A DNA stretch of 64,000 nt, from contig OZ245365.1 of the NCBI GenBank assembly GCA_965226495.1, positions 2,560,001 through 2,624,000 on the forward strand, in the 5' to 3' direction. A program made the translations under genes and the position numbers. Position 1 is the stretch's first letter. Each line of letters opens with the position of its first letter. Below, one piece after another: positions 30,269 to 40,396 of this stretch. The notes under the pieces are model-generated. The model was not told the origin of the DNA. It did not search any database and worked only from the letters and a program-made list of their open reading frames with translations. Origin of the DNA: Candidatus Marinacidobacterales bacterium (GTDB taxonomy: Bacteria > Acidobacteriota > Vicinamibacteria > Marinacidobacterales > DATDRI01).

Positions 30269-31663
30269 TTAACCGGGGGCGACAGGAAGCGCCATCCGCA
30301 CCGTGGTACCTTCTCCCTCGACGCTTTCGAGAGCTAATCGTCCTCCCATTTCCTCGATGTTCCGCTTGCTCATGGGCAGGCCGAGTCGCAGCGCGATGCG
30401 CCCCGCCTTGCGGGTCAAGCCGAGCTGGAAGATTTCCGGCATCATCGTGGCAGGGATGCCCTTGCCGTTATCGGCCAGTTCGACCTGAATCCAACCATCG
30501 AGCTCGCGCGCCGAGACGCGAACAACTCCCTTGCCTTCGATCGCCTCGACCGCATTCTGCAGAACACAAAGGAACACCCGGTTGAGCTTTGCGGGAAAGC
30601 ACATAACCGGCGGCACCGTTTCGGCATAGTCACGTACAACCTCGATCCGGTCGTGAAGGGACGGACCGAGAATCGCCAAGGCCCCGTCAATCCCGAGGCG
30701 CACATCCAATGGCTTGTGTTCCGCCTCGTCCAACCCGATGAAGTGCCCGAGCCCTTCGACGACCGTCGAGATGCGCCCCGTGCTCACCGCAAGCGAGTCG
30801 CAGAGTTGAGAGGAGACCTCGATGGCACGGAGCGCGGCTTGCCCGTCGGGATGGTTGCCGTCCGCGTGCTGGGCAACGACCTTCCCCCAACGCGCCACGG
30901 CTGTGGTAATCGTGTTAGCCGCGGACCGAATCGAACCGAGAGGCGTATTCACCTCGTGTAAAAGCCCCGCAACCAGCCGCCCTAGGATGGCCTGGTTCTC
31001 GGCCTCGATCATCTGCGCCTGGGTGGCCTGCAGGTCTCGGAGTGTTCTGGCCAGCTCACGCGATCGTGCCTCGAGCTGCGCTTCGGCGATGATCGTTCTA
31101 CGATGGGAGTAGTAAGAAATAAATGCTATGAGCGCCGCCGTCATGATGAGGGCCAGGCCGTAGTACATGTGCGAGGTCTCGGAATCGAAGCCCACGAGAG
31201 ATGGAACGTTGTCACCCCACAAAACGAGAGCAATGAAGGTAGCGAGACCGGCGACTACAAACAACGCGGCTGTTCTCCGATGTCTGGGCGAGTAGAGGAG
31301 CGTCACACCGCCCAGGATCGGCAAGAAGTAGAAGTGGTTCCCGGAGGCCGTCCCAAACGCGAAGGTAAACGTGAGTTGGGTCGCGAACGCTGCGATGCAT
31401 AAAAACGTCGTGGCGGCCCAATACAGCCTTCGTTGGTTCAACCAGGGCGGAAGCGAATAAAGCGCGGCGCTCAAGAGCGGCGGCCCAAGCTGAACGGAGA
31501 CTCGGTTCTCCACGGACAGGTTCACGACAAGATAGATTAAACTCACGAACATTCCCAACAAGCTCACCGAGTTGGTCAAAACGACATATTTTGCGTCGGA
31601 TGGTGGGTTTTCGGGTGTGACACCGAGATGCGTCAACTCGTGCAAGACGTGGCGAAGTGACAT
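30269..31663 (-). CDS. Membrane sensor histidine kinase
   Basis: About 6 TM helices, H-box LLHEVNTPLG, N-box LQNAVEA, DNGKGI; degenerate G2 box. Confidence 0.85.
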   Translation of the reverse strand: MSLRHVLHELTHLGVTPENPPSDAKYVVLTNSVSLLGMFVSLIYLVVNLSVENRVSVQLGPPLLSAALYSLPPWLNQRRLYWAATTFLCIAAFATQLTFTFAFGTASGNHFYFLPILGGVTLLYSPRHRRTAALFVVAGLATFIALVLWGDNVPSLVGFDSETSHMYYGLALIMTAALIAFISYYSHRRTIIAEAQLEARSRELARTLRDLQATQAQMIEAENQAILGRLVAGLLHEVNTPLGSIRSAANTITTAVARWGKVVAQHADGNHPDGQAALRAIEVSSQLCDSLAVSTGRISTVVEGLGHFIGLDEAEHKPLDVRLGIDGALAILGPSLHDRIEVVRDYAETVPPVMCFPAKLNRVFLCVLQNAVEAIEGKGVVRVSARELDGWIQVELADNGKGIPATMMPEIFQLGLTRKAGRIALRLGLPMSKRNIEEMGGRLALESVEGEGTTVRMALPVAPG

Positions 31664-32016
31664 GGTTTCGAGCTCGACTGTCGGAGCAGAGGGCTTCCGG
31701 GCACCCACTTCCCCACTGCAGACAGTATTGGGCGCTAGGATAGTCCTTCCCTTGGGGACACGCCAGACGTGACGCTGCGATGTGCAAAAACAGTGGTAAC
31801 AACCACAGTTTGCCGGCAGCCCTCGACGATTGGACACGGGACGAGCTCTTCGTACCGAAGCTTTCGTTTCACTAGCGGCTTTCGGATCTATGGGAAACGA
31901 TACCGCCCGTAGGCTGTCCTTGTGAGCCACGAACGGCAGCAGTATTCAATGTAACATGTCGGTGCGAGCGAGGACGCTGCGGCTCTATCAGGGCTCTCTC
32001 GCACCAAGGAGGCCCC

Positions 32017-32496
32017 ATGGGGCATCGCCCAAGACTCGTTGTGATCCTTTCCGGGATCTTTTTCACCGTCCTTCTTTCAGTGAGCGCCGGGTTTACCCAG
32101 AGCACAGATCACACCTGGCCGAACCGCGTGCTCATCACCAACGATGATGGGATTGACATGGAAGAGATCCGCCAGCTAGCGCTGGCCTTTGCGCAGATTG
32201 CGGAAACCTACGTCGTCGCTCCACTGGAAGAGCGGAGCGGTAGCAGCACTCACATCAACCTTCGCGGACCGCTTGGGCTAGCTATCACGCTCGAGCAGGC
32301 CATCGACGCATTCACCATCAACAGCGCCTACCAACTGAATCAGGAGCATGTCACCGGCTCGCTCGAAGTGAGAAAGTTTGCCGATTTGATCGTACTCGAT
32401 CGGAACCTCTTCGAGATCCCGATTGCCGAGGTATCCGACACAAAGGTGCTCATGACAGTGGTCGGTGGCAAAGTTGTCTATTCGAGTGAATCCTGA
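32017..32496 (+). pseudogene. In-frame chimera: exported SurE N-terminus plus amidohydrolase-3 C-terminus
   Basis: RVLITNDDGI...VVAPLEERSGSS then ITLEQAIDAFTINSAY...GSLEVRKFADLIVLDRN...TVVGGKVVY. Confidence 0.8.
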
Positions 32497-32582
32497 CCCG
32501 CTAGGGCGTTAATTGACTTGCCCCGCTATGCTGATATCTTCACCGCAGGAGTAGACGACGGAGTTATTTGGAGGGTGAACCC

Positions 32583-34001
32583 ATGAGCCTCGACTGGGAG
32601 AAAGTCAAAGAAATCGACGAAAAGTACTACCTGCACATCGGGCAGTCCAACCGCGAATACCACCACGTCCCGGTCGCCTCGACCGAAGGCCGACACTTGA
32701 TCATGCCCGACGGCACGAGGCTGCTGGACTTTAGAAGCCAGCTCATCTGCACCAACATGGGGCAGCGCCACCCGAAGGTCCAAGCGGCTATTAAGGAGGC
32801 CCTAGATCGCTTCGGTCATGTGTATGAGTCCTACTGCACCGACTACCGTTCCGAGGCGACCATGCTCATTATGGAAGATATTCTAGGGGCCGATGGCTGG
32901 GCGGGCCGACTCCGTTTCCTGAATACCGGCTCCGAAGCTGTAGAAGCATCGATTATCCTGGCCAAGCTCATTACCAACCGGCCGAACATCGTGAAAAGGA
33001 GCTTCGCCTATCATGGTTGGACGGAGGGTGCGCGCTACGCCTCTGGAATCCCGGGCGTTGCCACGGGTTCGGCATCGGATTCCGATCCAAAATCCATTCG
33101 CAGCTCGCCGACAGAATCCACGGTCGGGTACCACACGGTCCCGGCCCCTTATTGCTACCGTTGCCCGCTCGGGCTCGACTACCCGACATGCAAGACTTCG
33201 GACGGCACGCTCGGCTGCGTGAAGACGACCGAGGACATCGTCAAGACGATAGGTCCTGAATCGATCGCTGCGATCATCACCGAAGTCGTCTTCGGCGGCG
33301 GCGCCATCCACCCTCCCGAGGAGTACACTCCTCAGGTCCGCAAGATGTGCAAGGAGCTGGGCATTCTGTGGATCGATGATGAGGTGATGTGCGGATTCGG
33401 TCGGCTCGGCGAGTGGTTCGGATATCAGAAGTCTGACGGTGTGACACCGGACATCATGCCCTTCGCAAAAGGGGTCGGCAGCTCCGCCCTTCCTGCTTCG
33501 GGAGTTGTGGTGAGTGACGAGATCGCCAAGTTCTTCGATACGAATCGCTGGTGGACGGTGAGCACCTACGCGGCCCATCCGGTGGTGATGGCCGCGGTGG
33601 TCGCAAATCTGAAGGTGATGTTGGAAGAGAACGCGCCCCAGATGGCTGCAGAAACCGGCGAGTACTTCGGCCGTCAACTCCGCCAACTTCAGGAGAACCA
33701 CAAGTGCGTCGGTCTGGTGGACGGCTCCGGCCTTCTCTGGGCGGCCGAGATCGTCAAGAACCGAGAGACTCGGGAGCCATTCGTTAAGGAAGACCGTTAC
33801 TTCCGAATGGCGGGTGACGTCTCTGGCAACCCGAACATGATCATAGCGGGCAAATGTTTGGAGAAAGGAGTCTTGGTCGGAGACGTACTCCCGAATACGT
33901 TGCGCCTGGGCCCGGCCTTCAACATCACTCGCGACGAGATCGACTATGGCATCGAAGCTCTCGACGAGGGCCTGAAGGCCGTCGACGAGTTATGTGACTG
34001 A
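32583..34001 (+). CDS. Class III PLP aminotransferase
   Basis: NTGSEAVE, AYHG, IDDEVMCGFGRLG, PDIMPFAKG. Confidence 0.95.
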   Translation: MSLDWEKVKEIDEKYYLHIGQSNREYHHVPVASTEGRHLIMPDGTRLLDFRSQLICTNMGQRHPKVQAAIKEALDRFGHVYESYCTDYRSEATMLIMEDILGADGWAGRLRFLNTGSEAVEASIILAKLITNRPNIVKRSFAYHGWTEGARYASGIPGVATGSASDSDPKSIRSSPTESTVGYHTVPAPYCYRCPLGLDYPTCKTSDGTLGCVKTTEDIVKTIGPESIAAIITEVVFGGGAIHPPEEYTPQVRKMCKELGILWIDDEVMCGFGRLGEWFGYQKSDGVTPDIMPFAKGVGSSALPASGVVVSDEIAKFFDTNRWWTVSTYAAHPVVMAAVVANLKVMLEENAPQMAAETGEYFGRQLRQLQENHKCVGLVDGSGLLWAAEIVKNRETREPFVKEDRYFRMAGDVSGNPNMIIAGKCLEKGVLVGDVLPNTLRLGPAFNITRDEIDYGIEALDEGLKAVDELCD

Positions 34002-34212
34002 AGGATCTAGCGGCCCGTCAGGGCCGCCGGCCAGTCCGCCTTCGCCGCCGGCTACGGCGGGACCTCGCCGAAGCTGGGACGCGATCGGAGAGCCCAGCGA
34101 ACGCGGGGAGGAATTGTTAGTCAGCGAGCGCAGCCTTGAGCTGACGCGGAGTCGCGGAGCCGACGGAGCGTTCGGCGTTGGGGGTGGGGCCCCGACGCCC
34201 TGAGTGAAGACG

Positions 34213-34403
34213 GGGGCCCCGCGAGCGTTAATGCAGCCCTGAGCTCACGCGCAGCGGCGAGCCGGGGGAGGCCGCGTAGCGTGTAGCGAGCGGGGGTGGG
34301 GCCCCGCGAGCGTTAATGCAGCCCTGAGCTCACGCGCAGCGGCGAGCCGGGGGAGGCCGCGTAGCGTGTAGCGAGCGGGGGTGGGGCCCCGCGAGCGTTA
34401 ATG
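34213..34403. repeat. GC-rich REP-like tandem repeat, 85-bp period (about 2.25 copies)
   Basis: GGGGCCCCGCGAGCGTTAATG starts at 34213, 34298 and 34383; related degenerate unit upstream (34120-34200). Confidence 0.92.
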
Positions 34404-34417
34404 AATTGGAGGACAAC

Positions 34418-35932
34418 ATGTCGACAGTGAAAGAAGCAGTACCCTCGACCGTGCGTAAAGGGCAGTTACTCATCGGTGGCGAGTGGCGTGATTCGGTAAG
34501 CGGGAAGACCTTCGAAACCACGGACCCCGCGACAGGCGAGGTCATAGGTGTGGTTGCCGAGGGGAACCGCGAGGACGTCGATCTAGCGGTCAAGGCGGCG
34601 CGACGAGCTTTCGATGACCGTCAATCGCCTTGGCGAGCCATGAGCGCGTCCGATCGCGGTCGCTTGCTCAACCGCATCGCCGCGGGCATCGCGGCGCGCA
34701 AAGACGAGCTAGCCCTTCTGGAGACCAGTGACAACGGCAAGGCGATCCTCGAGAGCTCCAACCTGGACGTCCCGTTCGCCGTCGACTGCTTCGAGTACTA
34801 CGCGGGACTCGCGAACAAGGTCTTCGGGGAGACGATCCCGACACCCAAGCCGTTCTTTACCTACACACTCCGCGAGCCGGTGGGGGTGTGTGCCCAGATC
34901 GTTCCTTGGAATTTTCCTCTCGTGATGTCGGCCTGGAAGATCGCACCTGCTCTGGCTTGTGGCAACACGGTGGTGTTGAAGCCGGCAGAGTGGACGCCGC
35001 TCACTGCTTTGGTTCTGGGAGAGATCTTCCAGGACGCCGGGGTTCCACCCGGGGTCGTGAACATCGTGACCGGATTCGGAGACGCATCGACCGGGGAGTT
35101 CCTTGCGTCTCACCCTGACATCGACAAGATCGCCTTCACCGGAGAGACGACGACCGGGAAGAAGATCATGAAAATGGCTGCCGACGGGATGAAACGCGTT
35201 TCGCTGGAGCTCGGGGGAAAGAGCCCATGCATCGTCCTCGATGATGCGGACATCGAACGGGTGGTCGAGACCTCCCTTCCCGGGTTAATGATCTGCCAGG
35301 GACAGCAATGCGCGGGGGCGAGTCGACTACTGGTGCAGAAGGCGATTCACCAGCCCTTCATGGAGAGGTACGTCGAGCGGACGCGGCAATTACGCGTGGG
35401 CGACCCCAAGGATCCGGAAACGCAAATCGGCGCGATCGCCAGCCTCGAGCAGATGAAGAAAGTGAAGAGCTACATCGAGCTTGGGAAGCAAGAAGGCGCT
35501 CGATTGGCGTGTGGAGGCGGGACTCCGAAGGGGGCACCCGAGCGAGGACTGTTCCTCGAGCCCACCGTTTTCGACGGAGTCGAGAATCGAATGCGTATAG
35601 CGCAGGAAGAGATCTTTGGTCCGGTGGTGTCCATTATCGAGTTCGACGGACTAGAAGAAGGACTCGCCCTTGCTAACGACGTCAGCTATGGATTGGCCTC
35701 CGCCATCTACACGCGCGATATTCGAAAGGCCCACTACTTTGTGGAGAACCTGCGCGCCGGCACCGTTTGGGTGAATACGTACGGACGCTTGTTTAATGAA
35801 GCGCCTTTCGGAGGCTACAAGGCGAGTGGGATAGGCCGCGAGCTCGGCACTCACGCGATCGACCTTTACACCGAGGTCAAGACCGTCCACATGGACACGA
35901 GCTTCGAACCGCCCATGCGCTGGTTCGGCTGA
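34418..35932 (+). CDS. Aldehyde dehydrogenase
   Basis: IVPWNFP, FTGETTTG, LELGGKS, catalytic Cys in QGQQCAG, EEIFGPV. Confidence 0.96.
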   Translation: MSTVKEAVPSTVRKGQLLIGGEWRDSVSGKTFETTDPATGEVIGVVAEGNREDVDLAVKAARRAFDDRQSPWRAMSASDRGRLLNRIAAGIAARKDELALLETSDNGKAILESSNLDVPFAVDCFEYYAGLANKVFGETIPTPKPFFTYTLREPVGVCAQIVPWNFPLVMSAWKIAPALACGNTVVLKPAEWTPLTALVLGEIFQDAGVPPGVVNIVTGFGDASTGEFLASHPDIDKIAFTGETTTGKKIMKMAADGMKRVSLELGGKSPCIVLDDADIERVVETSLPGLMICQGQQCAGASRLLVQKAIHQPFMERYVERTRQLRVGDPKDPETQIGAIASLEQMKKVKSYIELGKQEGARLACGGGTPKGAPERGLFLEPTVFDGVENRMRIAQEEIFGPVVSIIEFDGLEEGLALANDVSYGLASAIYTRDIRKAHYFVENLRAGTVWVNTYGRLFNEAPFGGYKASGIGRELGTHAIDLYTEVKTVHMDTSFEPPMRWFG

Positions 35933-35941
35933 ACGGAATTA

Positions 35942-36036
35942 CCCTCACCCAGGCCCTCTCCCAGAGGGAGAGGGATTAGCGGAAGAGGAGGCCATTGTTC
36001 CCTCACCCAGGCCCTCTCCCAAAGGGAGAGGGATTA
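35942..36036. repeat. Two REP-like palindromic units CCCTCACCCAGGCCCTCTCCCA(G/A)AGGGAGAGGGATTA
   Basis: Copies at 35942 and 36000; internal CCCTCTCCC/GGGAGAGGG hairpin. Confidence 0.9.
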
Positions 36037-36037
36037 C

Positions 36038-36157
36038 GTGATCGTGGTCATCTGGCTGTCGATAGGCGTCACGCTCGCGGAGTACCTCGGCGGTGCGCGT
36101 CGCAGTGCCCTCGAAAAGGCGGCGACGATCGTTTACGAAGATGAAATGAAGCCGTGA
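36038..36157 (+). pseudogene. Probable C-terminal remnant of a membrane transporter
   Basis: VIVVIWLSIGVTLAEYLGG...EMKP*; its stop overlaps the GTG start of the next permease; begins at the REP end. Confidence 0.4.
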
Positions 36158-37551
36158 GCGACTCCCCGACTGACTCCACTGGCTCCACTCTTAGGCGTGG
36201 CGTCGGCTTTCACACCGCGCTTGCCACGTCTCTCGGCATCGTCGTCGCCTCGCTCACCATAATCTCCCTCAACCAGGGTTACGGCTTGGCGGGATACCGG
36301 TTCACTTGGGCCATCCTGATTGCCTACGCCATCATGATCTGCAACGTGCTCTCGTTCGCGGAGCTCAGTGCCCTCGTTCCGCGCGCGAGTGGCATCAGCT
36401 CCTACACGTTACCTGCCCTCGGCCCGTTCATGGCGATCATCGCCACGCTGTCGGGTTATGTCCTCGTGAATTTGCTGGCCGGAGGCGCGGAGGTTCTGGT
36501 CGGCGGATTCGTGCTTCACGACGTGTTGGACATCAAGATCTCCGCCCGTGCCATCGCCATGTTTGCGATTGCTGCGCTGACTCTCGTCAACTTCCTGGGG
36601 ATCAAGGTCTACGGCGAGGTGCAGGTCGTGCTTGCGTATTTCATGATCGGCTCGCTCGCGCTGATCGGTGCCATCGGCGTCTTGGAGCCCGCGACGGTTT
36701 CCGCTTCCACGGCACCGGCAGCGGAGTCCGGAAGTCTTCTGAGCCTGGTCGCACTTGCCATCTGGCTCTTCATTGGTGTGGACTACGTCTGCCCACTGGC
36801 CGAGGAGATGAACAATCCGGAACGAAACGTTCCCCTCGCCATGCTGTCGGCGCTCACTATCATCTTGGTAGCCAGCCTTCTCTTCGGGTTGGCGGGCGTA
36901 CGCCATGTCGATCCGCAAGTGCTTGTCGATTCCCGCACGCCGCACGTCACGACCGCCCGGGCGATCCTCGGGCCGTCGGGTGGATACTGGGTCGCTTTCA
37001 TCAGCATTGCCGCGAGTGGTTCCACTCTCAACACCATCATCGCCGCGATTCCCCGGCTCCTTTTCGGGCTTGCACGTCAAGGGGCGGCCCCGGCGGTGTT
37101 CGCTCGGCTCCATCCTCGGTATCGCACGCCGTATATCGGCATCTTCGCGGTAGGGGCCGTGCTTCTCGCCACGGTGGCGTTCGGCCTGAGCTCCAAAGAA
37201 GGCATCATTGTCTTTATTCTGGCGGCCACCTTTTCTTACCTCATCACTTATGCAACGGCGCATGTCGATGTCATGGTTCTGCGCGCTCGTTACCCCGAGG
37301 CGAAACGACCGTTTCGGTCGCCCTGGTTCCCCTTGCCGCAGGTCGTGGGCCTGGTCGGGGTTTTCTACCTTTTGATGAATATTTCTCCGGAGCCGTCGAT
37401 GACCTCGAGCATTTACCTCCTCGCCGGTGGAATGCTCGCCGTGACCGCACTCTATGCGGCGCTTTGGATTCCCTTCCGGATGAAGCGCCCGCTGTTCGCT
37501 CCCGAGCCCTTGCAGCAAGAATTACCCAACGAAAACAAAAAGGAGAATTAG
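36154..37551 (+). CDS. APC-family amino acid/amine permease
   Basis: About 12 TM helices; FAELSALVP, LAEEMNNPERNVP, LHPRYRTP. Confidence 0.92.
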   Translation: MSDSPTDSTGSTLRRGVGFHTALATSLGIVVASLTIISLNQGYGLAGYRFTWAILIAYAIMICNVLSFAELSALVPRASGISSYTLPALGPFMAIIATLSGYVLVNLLAGGAEVLVGGFVLHDVLDIKISARAIAMFAIAALTLVNFLGIKVYGEVQVVLAYFMIGSLALIGAIGVLEPATVSASTAPAAESGSLLSLVALAIWLFIGVDYVCPLAEEMNNPERNVPLAMLSALTIILVASLLFGLAGVRHVDPQVLVDSRTPHVTTARAILGPSGGYWVAFISIAASGSTLNTIIAAIPRLLFGLARQGAAPAVFARLHPRYRTPYIGIFAVGAVLLATVAFGLSSKEGIIVFILAATFSYLITYATAHVDVMVLRARYPEAKRPFRSPWFPLPQVVGLVGVFYLLMNISPEPSMTSSIYLLAGGMLAVTALYAALWIPFRMKRPLFAPEPLQQELPNENKKEN

Positions 37552-37555
37552 GCAC

Positions 37556-37750
37556 ATGACGGACGCGCCTCCCACCAAGATCTGGTATCAGAGCTTCATC
37601 GAACCTGGAAGGGATCCGCCCTACTTCGATAAGTTAGGGAGTTCCTCGGCACACTAGCGTTATGGGTACAGGCACCGCTCGCGCGGTCTCCTTCTCGACA
37701 CCCTCCGAAAAAGCGGTGCGCGAGTTCCTCGATTCACTTGCCTCGGGAGA
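37556..37750 (+). pseudogene. Probable Asp/Glu/hydantoin racemase remnant (N- and C-terminal stubs only)
   Basis: MTDAPPTKIWYQSFIEP...PYF then GTGTARAVSFSTPSEKAVREFL. Confidence 0.45.
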
Positions 37751-37788
37751 TGGTCATGAAACGCAAGCTAACGACACCCGTCGCCCGT

Positions 37789-38595
37789 TCAGTAAGCTAG
37801 CTCCTTACCTTTGTACTTGCGGAAGGTTTCTCGGGCCTCCACCTTCAACGCTTCGTCGTCGCCGGCCGGCGCCGGGTTTGGCGGAAAGAATTGGAGCGTG
37901 TCTTTGCCCCGAACCAATGTCGCGCCGTGGGTCGGAGCCGTCGTTTGCCGGACCGATGCCGCGATGTACGCCGTGGCGAACCCGATGCGCGGCTCGCCCG
38001 CTTCATTCGGCCCGGATCCGTGGACGGTGCGCGGGTGGTGCAGGGAGATCTGGCCGGCATCGAGCGTTAAGTAGGCCGCTTTCGTTGTATCCAATGCCGC
38101 GGTGATCTCGGGGCCGCGTGTCGAAAGATTATCCGGCTTCGGCTCCTCGACATGCGGTAGACGACCGCCCAAATGGCTTCCCACAACGCCGCGCACACAG
38201 CCATGCTCGGGATGGCTGTCCGTGAGGGCGACCCATGCCGTTACGGATTCGTCGCTATCGAAATGCTCGTTGTAGTTGTCCTGATGCCAGGAAACATAGG
38301 ATGTCGCGTCGGCCGGCTTGTAGAAACATTTGTTCTTCCAGGCCAGGATATTCGGCCCCAGGATGTCTTCGACCGCGTCCAGGACCCCCGCGTGACGAAC
38401 GAGCTCGTCCGCCCACCGCTGAACCAAGTGCACTTGCAGGAGATGGTTCTTGAGATCGTCGTCACACGACGCGAGCAAGTCCTCGGCACAGGCGCGGAAG
38501 TGGGCGACCTCTTGTGGGGAAAGGACCGGGATGCCATAAAGGAAGCCGTCCCGCCGATACGCTTCGAGCTGTTGGCTAGTCAGTCTTTTCCCCAT
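37789..38595 (-). CDS. PhyH-family Fe(II)/2-oxoglutarate dioxygenase
   Basis: YRRDGF, WHQD, TAWVAL, VHGSGPN...R. Confidence 0.9.
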   Translation of the reverse strand: MGKRLTSQQLEAYRRDGFLYGIPVLSPQEVAHFRACAEDLLASCDDDLKNHLLQVHLVQRWADELVRHAGVLDAVEDILGPNILAWKNKCFYKPADATSYVSWHQDNYNEHFDSDESVTAWVALTDSHPEHGCVRGVVGSHLGGRLPHVEEPKPDNLSTRGPEITAALDTTKAAYLTLDAGQISLHHPRTVHGSGPNEAGEPRIGFATAYIAASVRQTTAPTHGATLVRGKDTLQFFPPNPAPAGDDEALKVEARETFRKYKGKELAY

Positions 38596-38596
38596 C

Positions 38597-39454
38597 TCAA
38601 CCCCCCGTCCTATAACCGTATCCCTGCAATCGTGGATCATAGACCGATCTGAGCTGGTCTCCCAACAGGTTGACCGCCAGGACGACGAACGACATCGCCA
38701 GTCCCGGGAACGCCGCCACCCACCAGGCGTTCACCATGTGATTCCTTCCCTCCGCCAACATGAGTCCCCAACTGATCTGGGGCGCTACGACGCCCAAGCC
38801 CAAGAAGCTCAGGGCACCTTCCCCGAGGATCATCGCTCGCATCTCCAATGTCGCCACGACGAAGAACGTCGCACCGATATTGGGAAGGATATGACGAAAC
38901 GCGATCCGTGACGAAGAGGCCCCGGCCGCCCGAAGACCGACAATAAACGGACGTTCCCGGAGTGCGAGCGTCTCTCCCCGAAGGATCCGCGCGTACTGCG
39001 CCCATCCGTGGGTCGCGAGGACGAAGATGACAATGAAGATAGAGCGACCGCTGCTGGCAATGATGGAAATTGCGAGCAGCATGAACGGCAAGGCGAGCTG
39101 CGCCTCGATCACCCGCGAGACCACCGCATCCAACCACCCACGGTGGTAGCCGGCTAGAATGCCGAGGAGTCCACCGACCGAGGCCGAGAACACGACGCCG
39201 GCGATCGTGATGAAAAACGTGAGCCGTGCGCCATAGAGAAGACGCGCCGCCATGTCGCGGCCGAGATGATCGGTACCCAATAGATGCGTCACATCCCCAC
39301 CCGCCTGCCAGGCGGGCGGTCTCAATCGCTCCCTGAGATTCTGTTCGCCCGGATCCGGCAGCGGCAGCCAGGGGACCATCGCGGCGAGAACGAAGACGCC
39401 CGTGAGAATGATCGTGAGCGGCAACCACCCAGTCTTCCTGTTGCGTCGATTCAT
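38597..39454 (-). CDS. Peptide/nickel ABC permease (DppC-like)
   Basis: HLLGTDHLGRD, LSFLGLG, NLLGDQLR. Confidence 0.93.
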   Translation of the reverse strand: MNRRNRKTGWLPLTIILTGVFVLAAMVPWLPLPDPGEQNLRERLRPPAWQAGGDVTHLLGTDHLGRDMAARLLYGARLTFFITIAGVVFSASVGGLLGILAGYHRGWLDAVVSRVIEAQLALPFMLLAISIIASSGRSIFIVIFVLATHGWAQYARILRGETLALRERPFIVGLRAAGASSSRIAFRHILPNIGATFFVVATLEMRAMILGEGALSFLGLGVVAPQISWGLMLAEGRNHMVNAWWVAAFPGLAMSFVVLAVNLLGDQLRSVYDPRLQGYGYRTGG

Positions 39455-39463
39455 CGGGTCCGC

Positions 39464-40378
39464 TCAGATTTCCGCGTTACGGATACGCGGGTCGATGGCA
39501 CCATACAAAAGATCCACGGCAAGGTTAATGGCCACGAAGAGGCTCGCTCCGACGACGACGATGGCCTGTACGAGAAAAAAGTCTCGGAACTGTAGCGCCC
39601 CCACCGCCAGGGCACCAAGGCCGGGCCACGAGAACACGACTTCGAGCGTCACCACTCCCGAGAGCATTTGCCCCAAGTGAAGTCCGATGATCGTCACCAA
39701 CGGTAAAGCCGCGTTTCTCAATACGTGAACTGTGGCAACCCGCCAGTTCGACAAGCCGCGAGCCCGCGCCGCCGTCACGTAGTCTTCGCCCAAGACGTCG
39801 ATGGCACTCGAGCGGGTCACCCGGGCCACGCGAGCCATCGGGTAAGCGGAGAGTGACACGGCTGGCAAGATCACGTGCTGCCAGCTTCCGCTCTGGCCCG
39901 CCGGCAACCACCCCAACTCCACTGCAAAAAGAAGGATGAGCATCATGCCCAACCAAAAGAGAGGGAGCGATTGACCGATAAGGGCAAAGAACATCGTGAC
40001 GCGATCGACGACGGTCCCTTCCCGGAGCGCCGCGAAGAGTCCCAGTGGCACCCCGATTACCACCGCCAAGAGCATCGCGACTCCAGCCAACTGCAGCGAA
40101 GCCACGAGCCGACCGGCGATGAGTTGTCCATTCGACTGTTGGTACCTCAACGACTCGCCGAGATCGCCGGTAAGCAAACTCCCCATGTAGGAGATGTATT
40201 GCACGATGAGCGGACGATCGAGGCCGAGCTCTTGACGCTTCGCCTCGATCTGCTCGGGTGGCGCCACGCCACCGAGCATGTGAACAACGGGATCTCCGGC
40301 CAAGCGAACAAGAAGAAACGCGAGGGTGACCGCGAGAACCAGGGTGATGACACCTCCCGCGAGCCTTCGGAGCAGCAT
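39464..40378 (-). CDS. Peptide/nickel ABC permease (DppB-like)
   Basis: GLDRPLIVQY, GDLGES, EDYVTAARARG, DPRIR. Confidence 0.93.
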   Translation of the reverse strand: MLLRRLAGGVITLVLAVTLAFLLVRLAGDPVVHMLGGVAPPEQIEAKRQELGLDRPLIVQYISYMGSLLTGDLGESLRYQQSNGQLIAGRLVASLQLAGVAMLLAVVIGVPLGLFAALREGTVVDRVTMFFALIGQSLPLFWLGMMLILLFAVELGWLPAGQSGSWQHVILPAVSLSAYPMARVARVTRSSAIDVLGEDYVTAARARGLSNWRVATVHVLRNAALPLVTIIGLHLGQMLSGVVTLEVVFSWPGLGALAVGALQFRDFFLVQAIVVVGASLFVAINLAVDLLYGAIDPRIRNAEI

Positions 40379-40396
40379 GCCTTCGCTCTCGCCCTC

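Noticed and set aside
34213-34403. Repeats considered as a CRISPR array
   Set aside because: Contiguous identical 85-bp units with no unique spacers, and no cas genes.
36306-37559. 417-aa and 369-aa alternative-frame ORFs over the APC permease
   Set aside because: GC-rich shadow frames with low-complexity Arg/His content.
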